Below are positions 34,996 to 43,954 of a DNA stretch of 64,000 nucleotides, in pieces. The position numbers were made by a program, and so were the translations under genes. Each line of letters starts with the position of its first letter. Position 1 is the first letter of the stretch. The notes below the pieces were generated by a model. It saw only the letters and a program-made list of their open reading frames with translations, ran no database searches and was not told the DNA's origin. The DNA lies in NCBI GenBank assembly GCA_039584325.1, contig JBDGYA010000004.1, positions 17,669 to 81,668 on the forward strand, given 5' to 3'. The DNA is from Gemmatimonadota bacterium (GTDB taxonomy: Bacteria; Gemmatimonadota; Gemmatimonadetes; Gemmatimonadales; GWC2-71-9).

Positions 34996-35248
34996 CGAGC
35001 CGGAAGTCATCTAAAATATTACAAGCAAACGATTTACGCGAACGGGCCGGCCGCTTCCAGCCGGCCGATCATCCGCCCGTTCAGGCAACCGGACTCACCG
35101 CCCCCAGGCCAGTGTCACCGGTCCTCGAGCCCGAGCTGCAACCCTCCGCGACGGAAGTGCATCTAAGAGCAGTGAAGGCAGCCATTCCGGCCGGCGAATC
35201 CTGCGGCACGCGACGTTCGTAGTAGAAAGGGAAGGGAGTGAGGACAGT

Positions 35249-35485
35249 ATGGCACATCCAGCGGCGATTCTCCCCTGGGCGGCAACCGGGGCGCGACCTG
35301 TCTCGCTACCACGGTGGAGCCGCTCGCCCCGCACCTCGGGGGCGCGGACCATCCGAACGCGCTTGGGCTTCGCCCTATTCGACGAACTCGGACACTACGT
35401 CGGCGTGGTGAGCCCGGACGACCACACGCCTGCGTTCGGGCCGGGCGCCGACACGGTCCTGCTGAAGCGGGAGGGCGCGCTGTAG
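35249..35485 (+). CDS. hypothetical small protein (78 aa), doubtful
   Basis: The ATG is preceded by a purine-rich AAGGGAAGGGAGTGAGGA. The second half has high third-position GC. No family recognised, and it could be a gene remnant. Confidence 0.25.
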   Translation: MAHPAAILPWAATGARPVSLPRWSRSPRTSGARTIRTRLGFALFDELGHYVGVVSPDDHTPAFGPGADTVLLKREGAL

Positions 35486-35564
35486 AACGTCGTCGCCCCG
35501 TGTTGTCCCGCCTGGTCACCCACATCTTGGTGGGCCCCGGGTCGACCGTGGATCTCCGAGTCGG

Positions 35565-36620
35565 TCACTCCTCTATTGCTACCGCGATTTTCCCGAATTG
35601 CGTCCCCTGCTCGAGCCGCTCAAACGCCTCCCTGGTGCGCTCCAGCGGGAAAATGCAATCGACAACCGGCCGCAGTAGCCCCTGACCAAGGAGCTCCACT
35701 ACCTGCCGATAGTCTTCCGCGCCACCCATCGTCGAGCCCATAATGGTCCACTGATACCAGAACAGCCGGCGTAGATCGACCTGAACGTTGCGTCCCGTCG
35801 TCGCGCCGCAGGTCACCAACCGACCCCTGCGCGCGAGCAATCGCAGCGAATCGGCCCACGTTGCCTCCCCAACGCTGTCGACGACCACGTCGACCCCTCG
35901 CTTCCCCGTGACTGCCCGGACCTCTCTGACGACGTTCCCCGAGGCGTGATTGATCCCCACGTCTGCTCCGAGGTCCCGCGCTTTCGCGAGTTTCGCATCA
36001 CTCGACGACGTGACGATGACGCGGGCACCACACACCTTGGCAATCCGGAGTGCGGTGACCGACACGCCACCACCAACTCCCCAGATGAGGACCGTCTCAC
36101 CCGGCCGCACGCGTGCCTTCGTCACCAGCATCCGCCACGCGGTGAGCGAGACGAGCGAAAAAGCTGCGGCTTCGGCCCATGTCACCATAGGCTCGCCGCC
36201 GGGCCCCACCGGGATCGTCGCGAGGTTCTGCTCCGGCACGACGACGGACTCGGCCAGGGTACCCGAAACATGCTCGCCGAGGAGGCGGTAGCTATCGCAC
36301 AGGGAGTGATCGCCGCTCAGACAGTGCGCGCAGCGATAGCACGAGACACCGGGATTGATCATGACGCGGTCGCCGGGCCGCACCCGCTTCACGTCGCCGC
36401 CGACCTCTTCGACGATCCCGGCACCGTCGCCTCCGAGTACATGCGGGAAGCTCAGCGACAGCCCGGGTAGTCCTCGCAGCGTCCACAGATCCAGATGATT
36501 CAGGGCAGATGCCTTGAGGCGGACACGCACATCGCCGGACCGGGTCACGTCGGGTGTGGGCACGTCGGCGAGCGCCAGCTGTGACAGGCCGCCGTGCCCC
36601 TGCATGACGAAGGCCCTCAT
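35565..36620 (-). CDS. zinc-binding alcohol dehydrogenase / quinone oxidoreductase (MDR superfamily)
   Basis: Starts MRAFVMQGHGG. GroES-like domain with the Cys cluster CYRCAHCLSGDHSLC. Rossmann loop IWGVGGGVSVTALRIAK. Confidence 0.85.
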   Translation of the reverse strand: MRAFVMQGHGGLSQLALADVPTPDVTRSGDVRVRLKASALNHLDLWTLRGLPGLSLSFPHVLGGDGAGIVEEVGGDVKRVRPGDRVMINPGVSCYRCAHCLSGDHSLCDSYRLLGEHVSGTLAESVVVPEQNLATIPVGPGGEPMVTWAEAAAFSLVSLTAWRMLVTKARVRPGETVLIWGVGGGVSVTALRIAKVCGARVIVTSSSDAKLAKARDLGADVGINHASGNVVREVRAVTGKRGVDVVVDSVGEATWADSLRLLARRGRLVTCGATTGRNVQVDLRRLFWYQWTIMGSTMGGAEDYRQVVELLGQGLLRPVVDCIFPLERTREAFERLEQGTQFGKIAVAIEE

Positions 36621-36624
36621 CGTG

Positions 36625-38847
36625 TCACGGCAACCGGGCCCGACGCCGGAACGCGGGACGCACCAACTGCTCATACTCGCCCTGCCGCGGCACTTCAGTG
36701 ACTAGGCCGCCGGCGACGGGCACGAGGTGGACCGTACGTAGCGTTCGCGAAGACGAAATTCGGGATTCCGTGGCCACGGCCAGGAGATTCGCATCAGACG
36801 ACACGGCGAAGTCGTTGACCACCATCGTCGGATCGGTGAGCACCTCCGGCGATGCTTGCAGTGGATGGCGCACCACGACCCACGTGGCGCTGCGTCCAGA
36901 CCGTTCCTCACGAACATACGCCAGCGTCCCGTCGTCGATCCACGCAGGAACCCGTTCGTGCGCCGAGCTGCTCTCCGTGAGGTTGCGCTGGTTCGAGCCG
37001 TCGAGCTCCATCACGTAGATCTCGTAGTTGCCATCCCGGATCGTCGAGAAGGCAATCGTACTCTCGTCCGGCGATACGGCCGGCTCCATGTTGGCCGGGC
37101 CCTCGGTGAGTGCCTGCTGGCCGGCTCCGTCCGCATTCATGACCCAGATCTGCGGTGCGCCCGAGGCATCTGATTGGTAGGCGAGGCGTCGGCCGTCGGG
37201 AGTCCACGCGGGCTCGGTCTCGTTCGCCGGAGTCGACGTGATCCTCGTGGCGTTCCCGCCATCCGCATCCGCCACGTAGATCTCGAAGTTGCCGTCGCGA
37301 TTGGACGCAAAGGCGATGCGCGACCCGTCAGGTGAGTAGGCTGCACCGATGTCGTCTCCCGGACCGCTCGTGACAGCGATGAATCGGTCCGGATTCGCCC
37401 GATCGAAGGCGAACAGATCCGCCGTCCCCTCCCGGGTCGACGTCACGAGGATCTCCCCCTGCACAAACACGACAGCCGTGTCCGCCACCCCCCACGGGGT
37501 CGACGCCACGATGGTCGATCGTCCATGGCCCACCGGATCGAGCGATCCATCCACCCCGACCCTGACCACCTGAAGGTTGGAGGAGGTCCAGCTGACCTCG
37601 CGGGCGGGAGCCAGCGGTGTAGCGGCGGTGTCCGCGAAGAAGGCCCGTAGCGTATCTCTATCCGTCAGCCCCATGCCAAGTCGGGGGTGGTTCAGCACGA
37701 GCCCCGTGGCAACTACGTTCACCGTCCACGTCGCGTCCGCAAAGCCTCGCGAGCGCATCGTGAGGGAGGTCATCCCGATCTCCCGGCCGACCAGCCGCAG
37801 ACTGTCGGCGTCGAAGACGGCGATCGTCGTGTCGGACACACTCCAGAGCAGCACCGCCTCGGGAACCGGAGTCGAGTCCTCCGCAAGGGCGAGTGCCTCG
37901 AACGCAACCGTGCCACCAAGCGGCACGAGCGTTTCTCCCGGGCGGGGCCGGACGACGATTTCTTCGACCGTCCGATGGATGTTCACCGTCACTCGGTCGC
38001 TACGACCGAACCCGACTGCCTCGATCTGCGCGGTGCCGGGGGAGAGCCCCGTGATCTCCCCGATCGGCGATACCGCCACAATGTCGGGGTTCGACGTGCG
38101 CCAAGATACCAACTGCCTGGGGTCGAGAACGCGGTTCCCCTGGGACGGGACCACGACTCGCACCGTGTCCGATTCCAGGGGGCCCAGCGCATAGACCGGT
38201 CGCTCGAATCCCCAATCCGCAGCTGCGACCTCGACCAGCACCCGGCGACTGAGCCCGGTCTCGGTGCGGACCTCAAGGACCGTGCGTCCCGACTCAAGTG
38301 CGGCCACCATCCCACCCTGATCCACGGTCGCGATCTCAGGTCGCATCGACGTCCAGGTGACGGGGCTGTACGCTGCCAGCGAGCCATCGTCCTTGAGGAA
38401 CTTCGGTCGCAGCTGCACCTGTTCGAGCGGGAACAGCTGGACCTCGGAGGGCTCGACCTGGAGGATCGTCGCCACGCCCGTGCCACCCGCGATTGCTCCT
38501 CCGGAAACGGTGACCCTCACCGACTGTGATTTTCCGCCCGCCGTGATCCGGAGCGTCGTGGTGCCGGCCCCGACGCCGACCAGATAGAACACCCCCGGGG
38601 GGGAGGTCGGATCGGTCTCGACCTGTACGATGGTGGTGTCGACCTGCGCCCAGCGGAACGCGACGTCGCTGAGATAATCGCCCGATGCGCTGTAGGCAGA
38701 GGCGAGGATCTCCTCCCGCTGGCCCACCGCCAGCTCGACCGATGCAGGAAACACCTGGAGATCCGCGACCTGCGCAGCCCCATCGCGGACGCCGCCCGCA
38801 GCCATCAGGGCGGCGACACATCCGATCTGAATGGCGTGTCGATGCAT
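36625..38847 (-). CDS. secreted protein with Big_2 Ig-like domains and a TolB-like (PD40) beta-propeller
   Basis: Signal peptide, then repeated Ig-like segments (V.V.P....L.VG....L.A). The C-terminus has repeated PD40 motifs (AYSPDGSRIAFASNRDGNFEIYV, PAWTPDGRRLAYQSD, PAVSPDESTIAFSTIRDGNYEIYV). Confidence 0.8.
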   Translation of the reverse strand: MHRHAIQIGCVAALMAAGGVRDGAAQVADLQVFPASVELAVGQREEILASAYSASGDYLSDVAFRWAQVDTTIVQVETDPTSPPGVFYLVGVGAGTTTLRITAGGKSQSVRVTVSGGAIAGGTGVATILQVEPSEVQLFPLEQVQLRPKFLKDDGSLAAYSPVTWTSMRPEIATVDQGGMVAALESGRTVLEVRTETGLSRRVLVEVAAADWGFERPVYALGPLESDTVRVVVPSQGNRVLDPRQLVSWRTSNPDIVAVSPIGEITGLSPGTAQIEAVGFGRSDRVTVNIHRTVEEIVVRPRPGETLVPLGGTVAFEALALAEDSTPVPEAVLLWSVSDTTIAVFDADSLRLVGREIGMTSLTMRSRGFADATWTVNVVATGLVLNHPRLGMGLTDRDTLRAFFADTAATPLAPAREVSWTSSNLQVVRVGVDGSLDPVGHGRSTIVASTPWGVADTAVVFVQGEILVTSTREGTADLFAFDRANPDRFIAVTSGPGDDIGAAYSPDGSRIAFASNRDGNFEIYVADADGGNATRITSTPANETEPAWTPDGRRLAYQSDASGAPQIWVMNADGAGQQALTEGPANMEPAVSPDESTIAFSTIRDGNYEIYVMELDGSNQRNLTESSSAHERVPAWIDDGTLAYVREERSGRSATWVVVRHPLQASPEVLTDPTMVVNDFAVSSDANLLAVATESRISSSRTLRTVHLVPVAGGLVTEVPRQGEYEQLVRPAFRRRARLP

Positions 38848-39045
38848 GCGACTCAGCCTACGTAAGAGACGCGTAACTCACTATCGCAACATGAGATATG
38901 AAGCGAACGTAAGGGACCCCGAAAGCGGGTGTCAAGCGATGACCGGCCCTGCACATGGCGCAGGCAGGCACCACCCCCTTGCGAACCCTCCTCCCAACGG
39001 CGGAAACTAGGGGAGCGTACGCTCGCGTCTGAAGGAGATTGGCTC

Positions 39046-39375
39046 ATGTCCGCACCGTTCGATTCCGCCAGCAAGGGTCCGGGGGGACCGGGAATGTGGG
39101 ACCCCATGCCATTGGTGCCCCCTGTGACTCCACCGACTCCCCCCAAGCCAGAAGAGTTCGTCTGGTCCAAGCCGGAAGAGCTGAAGGAGCCTGCCGAACA
39201 GGTGCCAGGCGAAGCCGACAAGCCCAAGCGCCCAGCTCGCGCGCGGACCGCACGCAAGTCCAGTGGGCGGCCCGTCAAGAAGTCGGCGAAGAAGACAGCG
39301 ACCCGCAAGGTGACCGGCCGCCCAGTGAAGAAGGCCGCCCGCAAGAAGACCTCGAAACGCACGACGCGCCGCTAG
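39046..39375 (+). CDS. histone H1-like / Lys-Ala-rich basic protein
   Basis: 109 aa with a Pro-rich N-terminal half. The C-terminal tail is KPKRPARARTARKSSGRPVKKSAKKTATRKVTGRPVKKAARKKTSKRTTRR, with GRPVKK repeated. GAAGGAG lies 8 nt upstream of the ATG. Confidence 0.6.
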   Translation: MSAPFDSASKGPGGPGMWDPMPLVPPVTPPTPPKPEEFVWSKPEELKEPAEQVPGEADKPKRPARARTARKSSGRPVKKSAKKTATRKVTGRPVKKAARKKTSKRTTRR

Positions 39376-39432
39376 GTGGCCCGAGCGAAACGCGCCAGGC
39401 AGTCCAACTCGGAGACAGACGGGGACATCGGG

Positions 39433-39903
39433 ATGAGGGGAGCGACGGTCCGATTCGACCTGCGAGGGACGACCCTAGTGACACTTGGCCTGCTGGCGGC
39501 CGGGTGTCGTGTCCCGGACACGACCGCCGAGGATCCCACCCCCGCCATACGGGAGATGCTCGCGCGCTCAGCGGAGGCCTGGAACGCGGGTGATCTGGAC
39601 CGATTCGTCTCCGACTACGCGGACGACCCTTCCACCACCTTCATGTTCGATGGCCGGCCGCGGCACGGCCTCGCATGGATCCGATCCCATTTCGCTCCTC
39701 GGTTCGCCCCGGGCGCCGACCGCAAGTCCCTGCGCTTCGAGAGTGTCGAAGCCCGGGCTCTCGGTCGGGATCATGCGATGGCGACGGCTCGCTTCGTGCT
39801 GTTCGCCCGGGACTCGATCACAGCGTCCGGTCCGTTCACCCTCGTGCTGCATCGGACGGGCGGGCAATGGAAGATCATCCATGACCACACCTCGAGCGAC
39901 TAG
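39433..39903 (+). CDS. SnoaL-like / DUF4440 (NTF2 fold) protein, probable lipoprotein
   Basis: LGLLAAGC lipobox, then AEAWNAGDLDRFVSDY ... GPFTLVLHRTGGQWKIIHDHTS, typical of the NTF2-like fold. Confidence 0.7.
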   Translation: MRGATVRFDLRGTTLVTLGLLAAGCRVPDTTAEDPTPAIREMLARSAEAWNAGDLDRFVSDYADDPSTTFMFDGRPRHGLAWIRSHFAPRFAPGADRKSLRFESVEARALGRDHAMATARFVLFARDSITASGPFTLVLHRTGGQWKIIHDHTSSD

Positions 39904-41236
39904 GCTCGCCGTCGTACTTGCACTCGCGGTCGTTGGCTGCGAGACGGGGAGCACCAAGACCGCGTACGTCGGGGCAGAGATCTTCGACGGAACGGGTGCA
40001 CCGTTGCTGCTCGATGGCGTCATCCTGGTCGACGGAGCACATATCGAAGCCATCGGCCCAGCGGGCTCCGTGGACGTGCCCGGGGGTGCGACAGTCATAC
40101 CACTAGATGGCAAGTGGATCGTCCCAGGCCTGATTGACGCTCACACCCATGTGGAGCGGTGGACACTGCGACCGTTCCTCGCGTACGGCGTCACGAGCGT
40201 CCGGGACGTCGGGGGCACGATCGATTCGGTCTTCGCGCTGCGCGAGGAGACGGTGCTCGGTTCGACCCTCGGGCCGCGCATGTTTGTCGCTGGTGCCATG
40301 ATCGACGGTGCCCCGGCCACGTGGACAAACGCCATAGAGGTCACGACCACGGCCGCAGCCCGTCAGGCCATCGACCGGCTCACGCTGCGGGAAGCAGCCC
40401 TGGCCAAGCTCTACACGCGGATCGACCGCTCGCTGATGGAGGCGATTCTGGATGAAGCCCGGGCATTGAGTCTCCCCGTCACGGCGCACCTGGGCTTGGT
40501 CGATGCCGTCACGGCTGCAGAACTCGGCCTCGGGGCCATCGAGCACCTGACCGGCATCATCGAAGCGAGCGTCAGAAACGGAGCGCGCTACTTCGCCGCG
40601 CACGAGCTCGACTTCTTCACCGGCTGGAACCTCACCGCGCGCAGCTGGCACACTGTGGATTCAACGTCACTGCAGCGAACCGTCGACCGGCTCGTCGAGG
40701 CGCGTGTGGTTCTCGTCCCGACACTCGCCCTGCACGAGAGTTGGGCGCATCTGAGGGACTCGGCCTATGTCGACGGCCTCGACCTGTCGATCGTGCCGCA
40801 GGCCGTGCTTCAGGCCTGGGACGTCCCCGACCTGATTCACCGCGCGGGTCTCACAGAGGAGGACTTCCGAGCCTTCCGCCGGTCGCGCCCGTACCAGGAC
40901 CGCTTCGTGCGGATGTATTACCGATCTGGAGGCACCGTCATCGCGGGCACGGACGCGCCGAACCAGCTGCTCGCACCCGGAGCGAGCCTCCACGCCGAGC
41001 TGGAACACCTGGTTCGAGCCGGGCTTCTGCCGCGCGACGCGCTCCTGGCTGCTACTGGCACGGCGGCGCGCCTGCTCGGTGCCGACTCCGTGGGCACGCT
41101 CAAGCCAGGCGCGCTCGCGGATTTCGTCGTGCTCGACGCCAATCCACTCGCGGACATCCGAAACACGCAAGCGATCCATCGCGTCGTCTTTCGGGGCACC
41201 GCCTACGATCCCGCGACGCTGAGGGGACAGCCATGA
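39881..41236 (+). CDS. amidohydrolase family protein (metal-dependent, secreted/lipoprotein)
   Basis: Lipobox ALAVVGC. VPGLIDAHTHV metal-binding motif and a later AGTDAP motif. The start was trimmed from ORF 39485.., and the gene overlaps the upstream gene by 23 nt. Confidence 0.8.
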   Translation: MTTPRATRLAVVLALAVVGCETGSTKTAYVGAEIFDGTGAPLLLDGVILVDGAHIEAIGPAGSVDVPGGATVIPLDGKWIVPGLIDAHTHVERWTLRPFLAYGVTSVRDVGGTIDSVFALREETVLGSTLGPRMFVAGAMIDGAPATWTNAIEVTTTAAARQAIDRLTLREAALAKLYTRIDRSLMEAILDEARALSLPVTAHLGLVDAVTAAELGLGAIEHLTGIIEASVRNGARYFAAHELDFFTGWNLTARSWHTVDSTSLQRTVDRLVEARVVLVPTLALHESWAHLRDSAYVDGLDLSIVPQAVLQAWDVPDLIHRAGLTEEDFRAFRRSRPYQDRFVRMYYRSGGTVIAGTDAPNQLLAPGASLHAELEHLVRAGLLPRDALLAATGTAARLLGADSVGTLKPGALADFVVLDANPLADIRNTQAIHRVVFRGTAYDPATLRGQP

Positions 41237-42915
41237 GCTGGCGCATCCTGCTCGGTTTCGCTGCACTCGTGCTCGCCGCGTGCGGCGGTGATCGCTTCGA
41301 CGTCCTGATCGAGAACGGCTGGGTCGTCGACGGTGCTGGGAATGCCAGGTACCGCGCAGACGTCGGGGTCGTCGACGGGCGCATCGCGGCGATCGGCCAG
41401 CTTTCAGATGCGTCGGCGCGGAGCCGGATCGATGCTTCCGGGCTGATCGTCGCCCCCGGATTCATCGACATGCTCGGCTGGTCCGAGCTGAAGCTGCTCG
41501 CAGACGGACGGGCGCTGAGCAAGATCTCACAGGGCATCACGACCGAAGTGACAGGGGAAGGCACGTCGGTCGCTCCGCAGACCCCGGAGACGATCGCCGA
41601 GGATGCGGAGTATCACGCATCCTTGGGCGTGACGGTGGACTGGACGGATCTCGACGGCTATTTCCGGCGTCTCGAGGCGTCCGGGTCGACCCTAAACGTC
41701 GCGACCTTCGTCGGTGCGACGCAGATACGGAAGATTGTGCTCGGGAACGAGGATCGTGCGCCCACCGAGTGGGAGCTCCAGCGGATGGCGGCCCTGGTCG
41801 ACAGCGCCATGCTGCGAGGGGCGCTCGGCATTTCCAGCTCCCTCGTGTATGCGCCGGCGTTCTACGCCACCACAGCCGAGCTCGTGGCGCTCGCGCGGGC
41901 AGCGGCGCGCCACGGTGGCATCTACGCCACGCACCTCCGGAATGAAGGCGCGGGATTCGACGAGGCCTTCGAGGAAGCGGTACGCATCGCCTCGGCAGCT
42001 GAGATCCCGGTCGAGATCTGGCACCTCAAGCGCGCGGGCGACGACAACTGGGGCGATATGGCTCGGGTGCTGCAACGCATCGACTCCGCCCGCGCGGCCG
42101 GCCTCGACATCACCGCCGACGTCTATCCGTATCAGGCCTCGGCAACCGGACTCGCCGCCAGCATCCCCCAGTGGGCACACGAGGGTGGCACGGACTCGCT
42201 CATCGCGCGTCTGCGCGACCCGACGGCCCGGGCCCGCGTTCGAGCCGAGTTGACACGGGGGACAGGTAGTGCAGAGAGCTTCTACCGTGGTGCTGGCGGC
42301 GCACGGGGTGTGCTCGTCGCGGGCGTACTGGCGGATTCCCTCGAATACCTCGAAGGGAAGACCGTGGCGTCGATCGCCGCTCTGTGGGGCATGGATCCGA
42401 TCGACGCCCTGTTCGATCTCGTGATCAAGGATCGGGCGAATACCGGCGCCATCTACTTCAGTATGAGCGAAGTGGACGTGCGTGCCGCGATTGCGTACCC
42501 GTGGACCAGCTTCTGCACCGATTTCGGGGCCGTGGCCCCAGATGGCATTCTGTCGCAGGACCAGGTGCACCCACGTGTCTATGGGAGCTTTGCGCGGATT
42601 CTTGGACGCTACGTGCGTGAACACGGCCTGCTGCACCTCGAGGAGGCCATCCGCAAGATGACGTCGCTGCCGGCGCAGCGTGTCGGCCTGCTGGACCGCG
42701 GACTGCTGCGGCCCGGCATGGCCGCCGACGTCGTCGTCTTCGACCCGGACTCCATCATCGACGTGGCGACGTTCGAGGACCCTCACCAGCTCTCGCGTGG
42801 CGTGCAGTACGTGGTAGTGAACGGTGAGATCGTGCTGAGCGACGGTGAGATCACGCCGGCGCGGCCGGGACGGGGCCTCCGGGGTCCAGGCTGGCACGAC
42901 GAGGCGCGGGACTGA
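41233..42915 (+). CDS. N-acyl-D-amino-acid deacylase (D-aminoacylase) family amidohydrolase
   Basis: Lipobox LAAC. IENGWVVDGAGNARYRADVGVVDGRIAAIG, VAPGFIDMLG and GIYATHLRNEG match the family pattern. ATGA overlap with the upstream gene. Confidence 0.85.
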   Translation: MSWRILLGFAALVLAACGGDRFDVLIENGWVVDGAGNARYRADVGVVDGRIAAIGQLSDASARSRIDASGLIVAPGFIDMLGWSELKLLADGRALSKISQGITTEVTGEGTSVAPQTPETIAEDAEYHASLGVTVDWTDLDGYFRRLEASGSTLNVATFVGATQIRKIVLGNEDRAPTEWELQRMAALVDSAMLRGALGISSSLVYAPAFYATTAELVALARAAARHGGIYATHLRNEGAGFDEAFEEAVRIASAAEIPVEIWHLKRAGDDNWGDMARVLQRIDSARAAGLDITADVYPYQASATGLAASIPQWAHEGGTDSLIARLRDPTARARVRAELTRGTGSAESFYRGAGGARGVLVAGVLADSLEYLEGKTVASIAALWGMDPIDALFDLVIKDRANTGAIYFSMSEVDVRAAIAYPWTSFCTDFGAVAPDGILSQDQVHPRVYGSFARILGRYVREHGLLHLEEAIRKMTSLPAQRVGLLDRGLLRPGMAADVVVFDPDSIIDVATFEDPHQLSRGVQYVVVNGEIVLSDGEITPARPGRGLRGPGWHDEARD

Positions 42916-42941
42916 CCGCGCACCGCGGCGAGGGAGGTACT

Positions 42942-43841
42942 ATGGGTGGGGAGGCGATACGCGAGGCCCTGGAGCGCGCCGCCACGTTCTTCGCTGAACG
43001 AGAGACTCGTGCGGGAATCCTCGGGCGCCGGCTCACCGGCCACACGCGACCGGACGACAAGGACCTCGCAGAGCATCTCATCCGCGAGCTGCGCCGTCGG
43101 ACCCGGATCGACGGGAGCATCGGTGGCTCACTCGTCGACACCGCCTGGGCAGCCTGGGAACTCATGGACCTGGGTTGTGCAGAGGACTGTGCCGGCCTGG
43201 TGCGTGTCCTCGGCTACCTCCTGGCTCAGCAGGACAAGCCGGGACACTTCGCCGAGGGATGCTCCCCGGAGCGCCATGCGGCACGCCGCTGCCACCATGC
43301 GATGCAGGGCTTCTTCTCGCCTGGCGGCCGGGACGAATCTCTCGCGCCCGTCACCCTCCCGACGGGTGCGACGTTCGCGGATGAGGAGGAGGCTCGGCTC
43401 GCAGCGAGTTGTCTCGCGCTCCGCAGTGTCCTGCGCGCCGGTGAGGACCGCCGCGAGGCGGTCCGCCGGCACATCGCCTCCCTGCTCGATTCAGACCTCG
43501 TCGCCGGTGCCTGGTCCGCCGGAAACCCCGATCTCCCCTTCCTGGTGATCGGGGCGGCCGGCCACGGTCCGATGAAGACTCGCACCCGCCTCGGGCCCCT
43601 GCTCGACGAGACCCTGGCACACCAGGGAGGGGATGGCACTTGGCCGAACGCGCATACCTTCCATGCGCTTGCGATGCTCGCACGACTGACGGACCCTCGG
43701 ATCGGGCAAGTGGCGTCCACCATCGCCGGCCACCTGTGCGCGCTGCAACACCCGTCGGGGGCGTTCGACCCCACTGGAAACGAGGAGTGGGCACTGGTGT
43801 CGACTCGGACACTCACGGTCGCGCACACACCGTACGCCTGA
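42942..43841 (+). CDS. prenyltransferase / squalene-oxidase repeat (alpha-alpha toroid) protein
   Basis: 299 aa with QW-like repeats (IDGSIGGSLVDTAWAAWEL, QGGDGTWPN, QHPSGAF). The family call is tentative. Confidence 0.5.
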   Translation: MGGEAIREALERAATFFAERETRAGILGRRLTGHTRPDDKDLAEHLIRELRRRTRIDGSIGGSLVDTAWAAWELMDLGCAEDCAGLVRVLGYLLAQQDKPGHFAEGCSPERHAARRCHHAMQGFFSPGGRDESLAPVTLPTGATFADEEEARLAASCLALRSVLRAGEDRREAVRRHIASLLDSDLVAGAWSAGNPDLPFLVIGAAGHGPMKTRTRLGPLLDETLAHQGGDGTWPNAHTFHALAMLARLTDPRIGQVASTIAGHLCALQHPSGAFDPTGNEEWALVSTRTLTVAHTPYA

Positions 43842-43954
43842 GCGGCTCACTCAACGGTCCTGCGCCATCCTCGCCGCGCGACCTGCTACTTTTAGGCACG
43901 AATGGCGGCACGACGGCTCAACTGCGAGCCAGCGGGCCTTCGGCTTTGCCCACG

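Noticed and set aside
35290-35350. A tmRNA-like 3' end on the minus strand (GGCTCCACC preceded by hairpins).
   Set aside because: The preceding hairpins have 4-nt and 11-nt loops, not a 7-nt T-loop (TTCGAAT-like). I found no tag-peptide reading frame ending in ALAA and no 5' GGGG acceptor partner. RNase P (GAGGAAAGTCC), SRP and 6S hallmarks were also absent.
39485-39880. N-terminal extensions of several track ORFs that overlap the preceding gene in another frame (39485.., 40741.., 44967.., 45368.., 46815.., 48950.., 51629.., 53892.., 56775.., 57595.., 21561..).
   Set aside because: In each case an internal ATG or GTG placed at or within a few nt of the upstream stop begins the recognisable domain or signal peptide. 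The extension is a low-complexity Arg/Pro-rich read-through.
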